This document shows, in pieces, positions 37,801-49,316 of a stretch of 64,000 bases of DNA. The first letter of the stretch is position 1; each line of letters starts with the position of its first letter. This DNA comes from a virus (lineage: Duplodnaviria; Caudoviricetes). The translations under genes and the position numbers were made by a program. The DNA lies in IMG/VR virus record IMGVR_UViG_3300023060_000001, positions 32,001 to 96,000 of that record. The stretch is one strand, 5' to 3'. Below the pieces are notes generated by a model, which saw only the letters and a list, made by a program, of their open reading frames with translations, did not search any database and was not told the DNA's origin.

Positions 37801-38179
37801 GAGCGAGATTGAAAGAAGAAAGGCTACAATAGTCTTAGTCAAAAATGCAGAAGGTAATCCTGTTAATATTTTTAATTATATTTATATGGAATATAATATT
37901 AATATTGTGGAAGATGTATCAGAAGAAGCAGCTTATTATGTACTGTGTGATTATTTAGAAGATGAGAACATTAATGAAAAGTATTATTGGTTCTATGGGA
38001 AACTTTTCAAAGAGTTGTATTCGGAGAGTATTGATCCATCTTACCACAAGGAAGCACATTTTGTAAATAATAACTGTATCACACTAGATTGTACTTGGTA
38101 TAATGGCGGTGGTAGTTTTCAAGAAGTTGCCTTGGAAGCATTGAAAGAATTAGAGGAGAGGGTGAAAAGTTATGGATAA
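34835..38179 (+). other. Operon of about nine hypothetical early/middle genes (34835, 35250, 35710, 35928, 36343, 36713, 36910, 37179, 37799)
   Basis: Tightly packed, overlapping plus-strand ORFs with RBSs. Confidence 0.7.
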
Positions 38180-39515
38180 GATTTTAGACATTTTGAATGA
38201 ATTGGAAAATACCGCAGGAAGTAGTGATAAACTTGCAATATTAAAACGCGAAGAAGATAATGAAGTTTTGAAAGAAGTTTTCCGTTTGGCATATAGTACT
38301 ACAATCCAATTCGGTGTTAAGAAGATTCCTGATTACACCAAGGGTAGTACATACAACGTACAAATGAATAACTTTGAGTACATGTGTAACCTTTTAAGAC
38401 AACTATCTTCAAGAGAATTAACTGGAGATAAGGCAAAGTTTTCAATAAGCTACTTCCTTTCAAGTGTAAGTGAAGCTACTGCAGAAGTGTTTATTCGCAT
38501 CCTTAAAAAGGATCTACGTTGTAATACAGGTAAATCTTTAGCTAATAAAGTATGGAAAGGGTTGATTCATGTAACACCTAGAATGGGTGCATGTTCTATG
38601 AATGACAAATCCTTAAAGAAGATGAAAACAATTAAACGTTTAGCTGTAGAGTTAAAAAGTGATGGTTCATATGCTGCAAGTGTTTGTAACGACAACTCTA
38701 CAATGTTATCAAGGAATGGTAATCCTTTAGAGATCGAGTGTCTTTCTGAACATTTATCTTGCGGCGCATTTAACGGATTTTCTTTGGAAGGGGAGATTAT
38801 ATACTCTTTAGATAAGGCAGAACGAGAATTAGGTAATGGTATTGTTACTAAGATTGTTAAGGGTACAGCTTCCGAGGAAGAAAAGGGAGCTGCCATGTAT
38901 CAAGTGTGGGATTGTATTGATACAAAATACTACTCTCCTAAAGGTGAATATGCTATTCCTAATCAGGAACGAAGATCACTACTTGAGAAGATGATGGAAA
39001 GTTATTCTGACTGGTGTAAAGATAATAATACCACCCCCAAAATTCATATTATCGAGCGGAAAGAAAATGTAACAGTGGAAGAAGCTTTTGAAATATTTGA
39101 AGGTTATGTTGAAGCAGGTTACGAAGGTGCAATAGTTAAAGATATGTTGGCTTCTTGGAAAGATAATGGTAAACCTTCTTGGAATATTAAACTTAAGAGA
39201 AGGGAACCTGCGGACTTAAAAGTTGTTGGTTGGTACAAAGGTGAAGCTGGCACTAAGTATGAAAACTTCTTGGGAGGTATTCATTGTGAATCAAGTTGCG
39301 GTACTATTAAGGTTAATGTAGGTAGTGGTTTCTCTGATGAAGAGAGATTCACTTTACCAGATAATATGCCAGAAGTCATTGAAGTGGAATATGATTCTGT
39401 TACAGAGGACAAGAAAACTAAACAGAAAAGTTTATTCTTACCTATTTACAAACGTCCACGTTATGATAAGATGGAATCAGATTCGTATCAAGAAATACTT
39501 GATAAACAAATGTAA
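38172..39515 (+). CDS. lig: ATP-dependent DNA ligase
   Basis: ELKSDG motif I; EGE; YEGAIVK; KLK; VGSGFSD; SLFLP. Confidence 0.95.
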   Translation: MDKILDILNELENTAGSSDKLAILKREEDNEVLKEVFRLAYSTTIQFGVKKIPDYTKGSTYNVQMNNFEYMCNLLRQLSSRELTGDKAKFSISYFLSSVSEATAEVFIRILKKDLRCNTGKSLANKVWKGLIHVTPRMGACSMNDKSLKKMKTIKRLAVELKSDGSYAASVCNDNSTMLSRNGNPLEIECLSEHLSCGAFNGFSLEGEIIYSLDKAERELGNGIVTKIVKGTASEEEKGAAMYQVWDCIDTKYYSPKGEYAIPNQERRSLLEKMMESYSDWCKDNNTTPKIHIIERKENVTVEEAFEIFEGYVEAGYEGAIVKDMLASWKDNGKPSWNIKLKRREPADLKVVGWYKGEAGTKYENFLGGIHCESSCGTIKVNVGSGFSDEERFTLPDNMPEVIEVEYDSVTEDKKTKQKSLFLPIYKRPRYDKMESDSYQEILDKQM

Positions 39516-39532
39516 ATTAGAATAAAACCTAT

Positions 39533-39576
39533 TTGACTTATGTAAATTTTAAAGTAGAATACCTTGCATAAGTCAA
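39533..39576 (+). promoter_or_regulatory. Sigma70 promoter within a 13-bp inverted repeat
   Basis: TTGACT-N16-TAGAAT; TTGACTTATGTAA/TTGCATAAGTCAA. Confidence 0.55.
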
Positions 39577-39617
39577 TTAAACTTTACTTAAATTGATATT
39601 TAAATTAGGAGAATATT

Positions 39618-40850
39618 ATGAGTGAACAAGTGTTAAATGAAATCCAAGAGGTAATAACCCGATCAAACAAAGGTAAATATTCACGACAGAAGAAACAACT
39701 TTTAAGCTTAGTTAATGAGACAGAAGGTTTGGAAGAATTGTTCAAAGAGTTAGGATGCTTTGTGGCAGGCGGTGCTGTGACAAGTGTTTTCACTAATAAA
39801 GAAGTTAACGATTTGGACATTTATTTCCGTGATCAAGAAAGTTTGATTAAATTTATAAAAGTGGCTTTTGGTGAAACACCTTGTGTACCCTGTACACCAG
39901 TAAGTGTTGCACCCCTTTCACCCCCGAGTCCTGTAAACTTTAATCAAGATGTGACACCTTCTTCTGTAGAATTAGATATCTTTGCCTTACGATACGTAGG
40001 TCACACTGATAAGAGTGTTATGTTTCTTGATGGAAGTGGTATGCAGGTACAAGCTATTCATTGTGGATTCTATCGAACAGTAGAAGACATTTTCAAAAGT
40101 TTTGATTTCACTATTAACATGGGTGTGTACGATTTTGCACAAGAGTGTTTCGTTTTGGATGAAGACTTCCTAACAGATAATGCTTCACGAAAGTTACGTG
40201 TTAACGAAGGAACATCCTTCCCAATAATTAGTCAACTTCGCTTAGCTAAATACCAGCAACGAGGTTATTCAATTAATCGCAAGGAATTTATTAAACTATG
40301 CTTATCTGTTGCAAGTTTGAATCTTTCTTCTTGGGAAGATGTTAAAAATGCTATAGGTGGAATGTACGGTTACAACATGGATGACCTTTTCGATGAAGAT
40401 AAAGATTTTACAATGGAAGAAGTGTTTGAACAATTGGAAGAATTGGAATGTAATTTAGAGGGAACCACTGCTAAAATTCCAGCTACTGATTTAGAAGATT
40501 TATTGGAATTTATCGAAGAACAACATGAACCAAACGACCCTGATAAAGAGTATTTCTATTATAAGAAAGTGTTAAAAACTTCGGAAGAGGGTGTTTACAC
40601 AAGTATTTATAAACGAGATTTCAAGTATATTGTTGACGAGAGTCCTGATAATTCTGGAAATGGTATTTACCTTTATAAAAGTGTTGATAAAGCGAAGAAT
40701 CATTACGGGTTAGGTAGTAACGATGGTGCAGTGGTTATCAAGTTGACATCGGGTAAAACCCGCGCTAAACTACAATCTGATGGTGGAGGAAAGTATTCCA
40801 CTTGTACAAAATTAACAGTTGTTGGTGAAATGGATTTGGAGGATATTTAA
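39618..40850 (+). CDS. Nucleotidyltransferase (PolyA-polymerase/CCA-enzyme-like head domain)
   Basis: AGGAVTS..NDLDIYF..FDFTIN motifs. Confidence 0.7.
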   Translation: MSEQVLNEIQEVITRSNKGKYSRQKKQLLSLVNETEGLEELFKELGCFVAGGAVTSVFTNKEVNDLDIYFRDQESLIKFIKVAFGETPCVPCTPVSVAPLSPPSPVNFNQDVTPSSVELDIFALRYVGHTDKSVMFLDGSGMQVQAIHCGFYRTVEDIFKSFDFTINMGVYDFAQECFVLDEDFLTDNASRKLRVNEGTSFPIISQLRLAKYQQRGYSINRKEFIKLCLSVASLNLSSWEDVKNAIGGMYGYNMDDLFDEDKDFTMEEVFEQLEELECNLEGTTAKIPATDLEDLLEFIEEQHEPNDPDKEYFYYKKVLKTSEEGVYTSIYKRDFKYIVDESPDNSGNGIYLYKSVDKAKNHYGLGSNDGAVVIKLTSGKTRAKLQSDGGGKYSTCTKLTVVGEMDLEDI

Positions 40851-41827
40851 TGGTTTATACAAAAGAGAATGGTGATAAAGTGGATGAAATCATGAAAAAG
40901 TTTAGTGAATATTGTGGAGAGGATTTCACTGATACTTTTTGCAATTGTTACACTTACACAAGACATGATATGGGTTCTTATGCAATAGACTTCCGAGAAT
41001 TTGTAGAATTGGAAACAGGGTGTTACATTACCGACAGTGATTGGGTTAACACAGGAATATTTACATGGGAGAAGTTGGTGGAACATTTGAATAAAGGTAT
41101 GAAAAAGGAGGAAGGAATTTTGTCAAGTTTTAAAATTGATACTAATAGTAAAGGATTTCAGGAAATCATAGATGGTTTATATGATAAATTCACTGCTCGC
41201 TTAGGAACAAAGCCATACAACCCTGTTAAAAATATCTCTATTGAAAAGTATTACCGTTGTGCAAAAGGTGCTCCCTCGCAATGTGATCAATTTTATAGTG
41301 GAAATGGTATTTTATTCATGGCGGAATCTGATTGCGGTAAGTACTACTATTGGGAAGATTACAACAGTAAAAATGATCTAATCTTTTTCCGAGGGGAGAA
41401 GTCTTGGGTGGAAGATAATTACCAGAAGGTGGTATCCTCCAGTAAATTTAAAACTCACGATAATGGGAGTTTAGTTATCCCTGATAATTTGTCTGCTAAC
41501 GGAGCAATGGATTATATTTTTGAGTATGCTGAATCCTTAGATAAGGAAGACGAATATACAGGAGGTAGTGTAAACTACTATAAACTTCTTGTAGAGAACC
41601 CCACAACATTACCTAAAGAGTACGAAGTGGAGTGTAATGATATCATAGAAGCTTTAGATATGAACTATGCTGAAGGTAATGCTTTTAAGGCTATCTGGAG
41701 AAAATGTGCTGCCAGAAAGTTTGGTATCAAGAAGAAAGGTTATGACAATGGATTGTACGATTCCGAAAAGGTAGTATTTTTTGGAGATCGTATGGTTGTA
41801 CAGAGTAAAACTTGCAAAAGTGAGTAG
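40850..41827 (+). CDS. Hypothetical protein with a C-terminal DUF3310-like domain
   Basis: ECNDIIEALDMNYAEGNAFKAIWR. Confidence 0.6.
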   Translation: MVYTKENGDKVDEIMKKFSEYCGEDFTDTFCNCYTYTRHDMGSYAIDFREFVELETGCYITDSDWVNTGIFTWEKLVEHLNKGMKKEEGILSSFKIDTNSKGFQEIIDGLYDKFTARLGTKPYNPVKNISIEKYYRCAKGAPSQCDQFYSGNGILFMAESDCGKYYYWEDYNSKNDLIFFRGEKSWVEDNYQKVVSSSKFKTHDNGSLVIPDNLSANGAMDYIFEYAESLDKEDEYTGGSVNYYKLLVENPTTLPKEYEVECNDIIEALDMNYAEGNAFKAIWRKCAARKFGIKKKGYDNGLYDSEKVVFFGDRMVVQSKTCKSE

Positions 41828-44504
41828 TCCTGTGATAACATTATTCTTTATCCAAATGTTGGCATCTGCAGGTTATGTGAGTTTCCGTTCCATGCAGGTG
41901 ATCAATATAACAAATAGTCAATGGTGGATGATACTACCTACGAGCCTGTGCATAGCCTTGTGCGAGGTTTATGTTATTCACATGATAGCTACATCAGCTT
42001 TGGATAAAGTGTGGCTGGTGTTGAGCACAGGGTCAGGTGGTGCTATAGGTTGCTTTGTTGCGATGTGGGTTAGTGAGGTTTTTAAGAAGGAGGCTAAAAT
42101 TGATTAAGAAAGATTTAACAGAAATGTGTAACACTCTTTATATGGATGAACTTGCTGTGTGGGTGGAAGAGAACCAGTATGATTATGTCCTTGTTAGAAA
42201 AGATGAGTTAGAAGAATTAGAAGATTCCTTGGATTGTGCCATTGAAGTGATTGAACAAAGTGGTGTTGATTATGAAGAAGCGGTGGGTTATTTAAAAGGA
42301 GCTAATTAATGAAAAATGATATACAAGTTTCAAAACAAGTGTTACTATATGTGGCAGAACAACTTTATGTTAAGGCATATTCCGATGGGAAGAAAGGGGT
42401 TTCCACTGAGAACATTGAAGCAGTGATTGCAAAAGTGGCAGAACAATTTGTAAATGATGTAGACAGATTAGCACTAGCTATTCCAGTTAAACGATAATAC
42501 CATTAATAAAAGGAGAAAACTTTAATGAAAGAGATAACAGCGACAACAGAAACTTTCCTAAAAACTTTAGAAATGATGTACCTTGCAGGCGCAAATGATA
42601 ATGAAAATTCTACAGAAGATGAAGTGTTGACAAAGGAAGAACTTCGTGAGAGAATTGTTTCTCATTTGAAAGTGATTACAGCTAATTTAAGTGAAGCTTC
42701 TTCAAAGGATATTTCCTCGGAACAGGATGATGACTATGGCGAGGAAGCATAAAAGGGAATTAAAGTTAACCATCGAAGAACAGAATTTATATAATATATT
42801 AGTTATTGATTTGGAGGAAGCTTTGGGAGCATTACAAACTGCGGAACAAGAATTATCACTTTCCGAGCAACAGGTTAAACAGGCAGAAGAGAATCTTCGG
42901 TTGGCCGTGGAGAACTGGAAAGAAAAGAAGAAGATTGTAACAGGAGTGGAAGCTGCTTATGAGTGGTTCATTCGGGATTATATAGAGGAGTAGGCATGGA
43001 AGGTAATATTGAGGAAGTGTGTACAGCTTATAACAAAGCGATTGAGTTTGCATTAGAGTTGAATACATATCACGTAAAGTTATTCTTGGAACTTTGGCAC
43101 AATGGTGATTATGAGGAAATTGAATCTTTATTTCCAGAATTTGATACTACTTGTGCCAAGGATTGTGTTTACGTGGGAAAATTCTTAATGTGACAAATAT
43201 GGCACTTTAGCTGCGGAAATGGGGGTTAATGTGCCAAATAGGGCAGATTAGAGGGGGAGGTTTATGGGTATTATAGATTTGTTGAAAGGGGTGGGTGAAG
43301 ATAATTTAATGTTACAATTTATCAGTGGTTCCTTGGTTAAATCTGTTGATAAGAAGGATACACAGGATACCGAAATAACAATAGCAACAAAACAGGCCAG
43401 CACCAACCAATTAATTAACGATACAGGTAAAGTTGGTATTGTTGTGTGGTTAGATCGTGAAGATTATAATAAAGTTTTAGGAGAGTGATTATGAGTAATA
43501 AAAAATTTACACCGCAAGATTACATTTACAAAAGTATTATTGAAGATGTGCTTGGTTGTGGAGATGATATCACTATTAACTGTGAATTAACTCTGAAGAA
43601 TGCTTCGGAGGTTTACAATAACCCAGAGGAATATTTTGCAGGAACGGACTACCCCAGCGACTATATTTACGAATCTACTCAAGAATATAGATATTGTGGT
43701 GAAGAGTGTAATATCTCACCAAAGAGTTATTCTCGTCATTATGAAGTGGATTACGTTGTAAAAGAGATTGATGGTAAGTGGGTAGGATGGAACTATTGGT
43801 ACGGTGGTGGTAAACATGCTGAACCAGAGGCTATAGATTGGATTGGGGATGCTGAGTTTGTAAAGGTGCAATCTGAGGAAGTGGTGACTATTGTGAAAAG
43901 AACTTTTATGAGAGAGGAGTAGAGATTTGAGTAAAACTATTTTTTCAAATGATGAGTTGAAAGGTATCTCGGCAGATATATTAGGAACTATAGACTACGA
44001 CACCTATAAGGATGATTGGGAGGAAGAGAAACTTCTCGGTGAAATTGAACGTCTTATTGGTCAGTGGGTAATTAACATAACCAAAGAGTAGTAAAAGGAG
44101 GTTTAATGGATACTATAGAAGAAAAGTTAGCCGACCTAAAGATAATGATAGGACGGCTAAAGAGTTTATCCTTAGACGATTATGATTATATTCATGGGGA
44201 TGTAGAAGAAATACAATACTTAGTTGGATCATACAGAGATAATTCTGAGTGGATTTCTGTTAATGATAAATTACCTGAAGAGGGTTCACGGGTAGTCGCT
44301 GCATTTATGTATGATAACCTAGAAGGGGGTGACCCTGATGCTTACGTATCTTGGTATTATAACGGGAGGTTCACTGTTGACGGAGATGGGTTGGATATTG
44401 ACAATGGTCATGTAGAAAGTAGTATAAAAGTGACACATTGGCATCCTTTACCTAAGTATAAGACCTGTAAACAATTAGAGATAAACAAAGGAGAAGAAGT
44501 TTGA
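41781..44504 (+). other. Run of small hypothetical genes (membrane protein 41781; 42055; 42309; 42525; 42691; 42963; 43264; 43485; untracked 54-aa ORF 43928..44092; DUF551-like 44106)
   Basis: Packed ORFs with RBSs; WISVNDKLPE..VTHWHPLP in 44106. Confidence 0.65.
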
Positions 44505-45760
44505 GCAATATTAAGTTAAAGAATAACCCTGAGTTAATGGAAGCAATTGAAAAAGCGTTAAATTCTGGTTCAAGTGTTCGTGGTGTGGCAAGGGATGTGT
44601 TGGGGTCGGAGAGCCGAGAGAGTTCAATTCGTGCTGCGATTAAGCGTGGGGATATCAGTTTAGATACAGAAGAAGAAACAGAAGATACCTTATCAGAAGA
44701 GCAAATTGAGGTTTTGTGTGAACACCCTGATTATTCAGTAAGTAATTTGGCAAAACGTTTACGTAGTGCACAAAGAACTAATAATCAACTACGTAAAGTA
44801 CAACGTGAGTTGTTTGATGGAGAAGAAGGTGAAACAAAAAGTATTGAGGGTGTTATTTCAGAAGTATTACAAGGAGTAACATTAGGCCACAGTTCTACAG
44901 TAGTGGATTATAATGAACTCACAGTCAAACCTGCAACTTTAGAAGTGATGTTGAGTGATTTACAACTAGGTAAGTTGACTAGACATTTTAACAAAGATAC
45001 CGCAATGAAAGGTTTAAAGCTGTATGGAGAAGGAATATTAAAAGAGATCTACCAAAAACGTGAAAAGTTTAAAGTAGAGCGTGTAGTGTTTGAACTGCTG
45101 GGAGACCTGTGCGAAGACAATACCAAACACGGTATTCAAAGTGCTATTTCAACAGATTGTGGTTTATCCGAACAAATGGTACTAGCTACCCAAGGTATAT
45201 GGGAATATATACTTAAACCTCTTGCAGGTTTAGGGGTAGAAGTAGAGGTTGTTTGTATTGTAGGTAATCATGCATCTTCTACGCACAAAGGGATGGGTAG
45301 TTTTAAAGAAGGTAAGTATAGTTATGATTACACCATTTTTAAAATGTTAGAACAGTTTACAGAGTTATCTGGCTACGATAAAGTGAAGTTCAATATACCA
45401 GAAGGTACTTTTGGTCACACTACTATTTACGATAAGCATGTTATACTGGAACACGGTTATCATAATAATCACACTGAAAAAGGTATGATTGACCAGATGC
45501 GTAAACGAGGCGCTCAGTTAAAAGTGCATCCTACTTATTGGAGACAAGGGGATAGGCACCATCATATCACTTACGGCCAAGGGGAACAAATCCTGAATGG
45601 CGCATTTTTTGGTATTGATACAGAAGGCTTAGAGTACAGTGGTATTCTAGGTTTCACTAGTGTACCTTCTCAAACGTTGGTTTGGCATACAGAGGAAAAG
45701 TGTCAGGGGAAGGCTACGGTTAAAGATGTAGTCAATATTCAGGTATTTGTAGAAGAATAG
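44501..45760 (+). CDS. Calcineurin-like metallophosphoesterase with an N-terminal HTH-like region
   Basis: SDLQLG, GDLCE, GNH, HG and GDRHH motifs. Confidence 0.75.
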   Translation: MSNIKLKNNPELMEAIEKALNSGSSVRGVARDVLGSESRESSIRAAIKRGDISLDTEEETEDTLSEEQIEVLCEHPDYSVSNLAKRLRSAQRTNNQLRKVQRELFDGEEGETKSIEGVISEVLQGVTLGHSSTVVDYNELTVKPATLEVMLSDLQLGKLTRHFNKDTAMKGLKLYGEGILKEIYQKREKFKVERVVFELLGDLCEDNTKHGIQSAISTDCGLSEQMVLATQGIWEYILKPLAGLGVEVEVVCIVGNHASSTHKGMGSFKEGKYSYDYTIFKMLEQFTELSGYDKVKFNIPEGTFGHTTIYDKHVILEHGYHNNHTEKGMIDQMRKRGAQLKVHPTYWRQGDRHHHITYGQGEQILNGAFFGIDTEGLEYSGILGFTSVPSQTLVWHTEEKCQGKATVKDVVNIQVFVEE

Positions 45761-45761
45761 G

Positions 45762-46667
45762 ATGTACAAAATACTAGAGGAAGAAAAGAGACCTTGTGGA
45801 AAAAGAGATGTAAAGTATGTAAAAGTTCTTTGCACTATACACAAGGAAACTTTTTGGATTAAACAAAACCACTTTAAGACAGGTAGTGTAGGTTGTTGTG
45901 GCTGTAAGGTCATGACTACTTTAGGTAAAGCTAATAATGTAAGACACATTAACGAACTTATAAAAGTAAACGCTAATTATATTTTCTGTCCCAATACAGG
46001 TAAGTGGGATTATAGATGTAGTGTCTGCGGGTACGAAGGAAGCTCTTACTTGGATAAACTTAAGATGGGGAAGATTGGATGCAGATGTTCTAAAAATTTC
46101 AGATACACTAAAGAAGACCGAGAAAAGCAAATACAAGGACTAGTTGATAAGGAAGATAATATAGTGGGTTTTTCTTTAGATGTTTATAACACTACTCTAG
46201 ATAGTTCATTATCCGTTATTTGTTCAGCACATGGTAAGTATACTTGTACCGTAAATAATTTTGTAAATCACCACAGCCGTTGCCCTGATTGTGCTAAAGA
46301 TATTAGTAGTTTTGGGTATTACACTGAAAAGAAGGATATACAAGACTACTTATATTTATTAAAATTAGAATCTGAGTCGGAATCATTTTTAAAGATAGGC
46401 AGATCCTTTAAACCTGAATTGAGAGCTAAGAAGATCGCTAAGGAGTCAGGGTATAATGTAACCGTAGATAGCTTATTTAGTAGTACCCATGAACAAGTGG
46501 TTATGTGGGAAAATAAACTATTAAACGATTTTGAGGGAGTAGCATATATACCTAATAGGTACTTCAAAGGAACGACTGAGTGTTTTTCATTAGAAGGTTA
46601 TGAGGAAATTAAAGTTTATGCAGAAAAACTTAAATCTTCCCTTGACAACAACCCACCCTTCCACTAA
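45762..46667 (+). CDS. Free-standing homing endonuclease, same family as 9053
   Basis: CSAHG..RCPDC; YLYLL..FLKIGRS..GTTECF. Confidence 0.75.
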   Translation: MYKILEEEKRPCGKRDVKYVKVLCTIHKETFWIKQNHFKTGSVGCCGCKVMTTLGKANNVRHINELIKVNANYIFCPNTGKWDYRCSVCGYEGSSYLDKLKMGKIGCRCSKNFRYTKEDREKQIQGLVDKEDNIVGFSLDVYNTTLDSSLSVICSAHGKYTCTVNNFVNHHSRCPDCAKDISSFGYYTEKKDIQDYLYLLKLESESESFLKIGRSFKPELRAKKIAKESGYNVTVDSLFSSTHEQVVMWENKLLNDFEGVAYIPNRYFKGTTECFSLEGYEEIKVYAEKLKSSLDNNPPFH

Positions 46668-46737
46668 TATACACCTATCGCAACAAGGAAGCTCTTGTCC
46701 AAAGTGTTAAGAGCTTCCATTTTAAAAGGAGAGAATA

Positions 46738-47501
46738 ATGTACGCAACAGTATACCAAATTTATGATATGTTAGCTGAATTACCAGAAGATAGTGTTTTT
46801 GAAAATGGTTTCAATAATGCACATAGCTATCGTGGAAGTTATGACAATTTAGCAGTGGAACCTTGTGGTGAAGTATCTGTTACCGAAATGATGGATTGTT
46901 TATCAAATGCAATTGGTGAAACGTTCACAGGTTACAAAGGAGGTGATTTCACAATGGATGGTGGTGAAGAATTATTCCTAGCATATGAAGGATGTTGTGG
47001 TTCACGTGTAGAAGGTTATAAATGCACCACAAATGGTTTTGAATTAGTTTTAAATGAAAATTATTTATAGGAGAAATGTTTATGAAAATTATCGGAATTT
47101 TAATCACTTTTGCAATAGTATGTCTAATCGCACCAACAATCATCTATTGTTTATGGGATGACGTTATGGTGAAGTTTTTCAATCTACCAGATGTAACCTT
47201 TTTAGATAGTATTTGGATTTCAATTTTATCATCGGTGTTATTTAAAAGTTCTTACACTAGCAACGATTAATTAGAGGAGAATATAATGAGAATTTTAATG
47301 ATTTTAATGGGTTGGTTAGGTTTGATATCAGGTAACCTATTTTGGATTGGTCACGCAATTTACGAATTGATTAAAACCGACCAAGGGTTTTTCACCATTG
47401 TAGCAACAAACTTTGGATGGTGGTTACTCCATATGGCAGTATCGATCGTACTTTTCGGAATTGGCTTTTACGCTTTTGACCCAACCAAGAAGAAATGGTA
47501 A
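46738..47501 (+). other. Three hypothetical genes (46738; membrane proteins 47076 and 47286)
   Basis: Strong RBSs; promoter at about 46642. Confidence 0.65.
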
Positions 47502-47598
47502 TCCAAAATAATTAAAATTTGTTGCAAATAATCCTTTACAAATAATCCCCTTCCTGTAAAATGGAAGTATACCATAAGAAAATAGGAGAATAATATTT

Positions 47599-48483
47599 AT
47601 GAAAAAATTCGCAGTGTACAATTTCAAAGGTGATATCCAATTAAACGAAGAGGTAATCCTTGCTAAAACGGTTAACACCCTTACAAAAGAACAAACCACT
47701 TTAGTTTCATTTGATCCACTTTTTGATGAAACGTTTGTACAAGAGGTAAATGGTTACCAAGTTGCCAAGATTCGATTCACTTCTCGAAAAGAACCAGATA
47801 AAACTATTTTAGCAGAACAAACTTCTGCCCACATAGAAGAGAAAGCTTTACCACAAGATGAAGATACCTACAACGCTGTACAAGAGGAGAAACGCCTTGA
47901 GTTAATGCAATACACTGGTTATACTTCAAAAGCTGCTATCGTGGCTGTGGACAACTCTACGGGCAAAGTGGTGGTTGCAGAAGCACGTAATTTTGCTGAT
48001 ATGATCATGAGCGATTTGTTACCTTGTTTCGAAGGTGATTATTCTGAATTGGAATTACTTTCAACAGATCCTGTTGCAACGGAAACTATTCTAACAGGTT
48101 TTCTATTAGATGAACGTAAGAATCTTCCTGACCCATTTACTCTTGTGGAAAAGGTGTCACTTGGTAAGAAAAGTGTTCTTGATAAAAAGCCATCTTCTGC
48201 TACAATTAAAGTTTCTAAAACTTACCCAGCAGTGGATGAGATTTTATCATTGGTGACAGATTTAGGTAATGTAATTAAAAGTGTCCAGCTCGAATTCGAC
48301 GGCGTGTTCGAATTCGATGTGACAAACACTTTATCAATCGAATCGGTTAAGTTTTTAGAAGATTTAAAATTTAAACCAGATGAGGATACTTCGGAAAGTG
48401 TTAACTTTATGACACAGTATCAATTGCAGTTACCAGTAGTGTTCGATGTGATCAACCGTTTAGAAGAAGTTATTGTAAAATAA
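47599..48483 (+). CDS. RdgC-like recombination-associated protein
   Basis: About 300 aa; K.F.VY.F N-terminus; LTGFL..LPDPFTL; C-terminal pattern like RdgC. Confidence 0.5.
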   Translation: MKKFAVYNFKGDIQLNEEVILAKTVNTLTKEQTTLVSFDPLFDETFVQEVNGYQVAKIRFTSRKEPDKTILAEQTSAHIEEKALPQDEDTYNAVQEEKRLELMQYTGYTSKAAIVAVDNSTGKVVVAEARNFADMIMSDLLPCFEGDYSELELLSTDPVATETILTGFLLDERKNLPDPFTLVEKVSLGKKSVLDKKPSSATIKVSKTYPAVDEILSLVTDLGNVIKSVQLEFDGVFEFDVTNTLSIESVKFLEDLKFKPDEDTSESVNFMTQYQLQLPVVFDVINRLEEVIVK

Positions 48484-48544
48484 CATTTGCCATGAAGGTG
48501 AGACTTCTATAAGATGGAGTCTCTTATTCTAAAAGGAAACTATT

Positions 48545-48649
48545 ATGAAAAAGTTATTCACCTTATTCAACAACTACTACCACAGCAGCGATAATTACTT
48601 TACCAAAAGTGATCCTTCCGCAAGTGGCGATTGGTGGCAGGGGTTATAA
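48545..48649 (+). CDS. 34-aa peptide (MKKLFTLFNN...GDWWQGL), not in the ORF track
   Basis: AAGGA RBS directly behind the TTGCCA-N17-TAAGAT promoter. Confidence 0.5.
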   Translation: MKKLFTLFNNYYHSSDNYFTKSDPSASGDWWQGL

Positions 48650-49316
48650 TTATGAAAGATTTTGAAACTTGGTGGGAAGAAGCTTCTTTTATTGAAGATG
48701 ACGGATGTTACCAAGAGAAATACCTTGCAGCAGAATCAGCTTGGGCGGAAAAGGATAATCAACTTAAGGAAGTTATTGAACTTTTGGAAAACTACCCCTG
48801 CTGTATGAGTTGTTATCTAACAAAAGAGGAAATGTTTGCTGCAAGAGATATTAAGGAAAAGTTTATTGAAATTTTGAAAGAGGTATTATTGTGATCACAC
48901 CAAAAGCACATAAATTAGCAGAAGAATACTTTTCAGAGGAAGTGTCTAAGCAATTTAAACTGGAATACCATTGGACAAACCTTTGGAGTAGAGAGAGATA
49001 CTTAACCCGAGAGGAACAGGCTGCAGAAGTGGGGAAACACTTATCTGCGATTAGTTCTCCTATTTGGGAAGTGGTGGAATCTATTTTGGACTGTCCAGAA
49101 GACTTGGAGAAAGTGGATAACTACACTTACAAGTTTAGTTTTGGTAAAGTAGAGTTAACTTTCCACAACGTTGATTTTGGGGGTATAGGTATTTATCCTG
49201 AAATTTACAACACTGCAGAAGAAAGGACTATTATGGTAGAAGCTTACCGAGTTGCGAGAAAGTGGATCGGTGGGCAGCAACAGAGAGAAATTTTAAAGGG
49301 GGTGTTTAGTGAGTGA
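48631..49316 (+). other. Two hypothetical genes (48631 and 48891)
   Basis: Packed ORFs. Confidence 0.6.
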
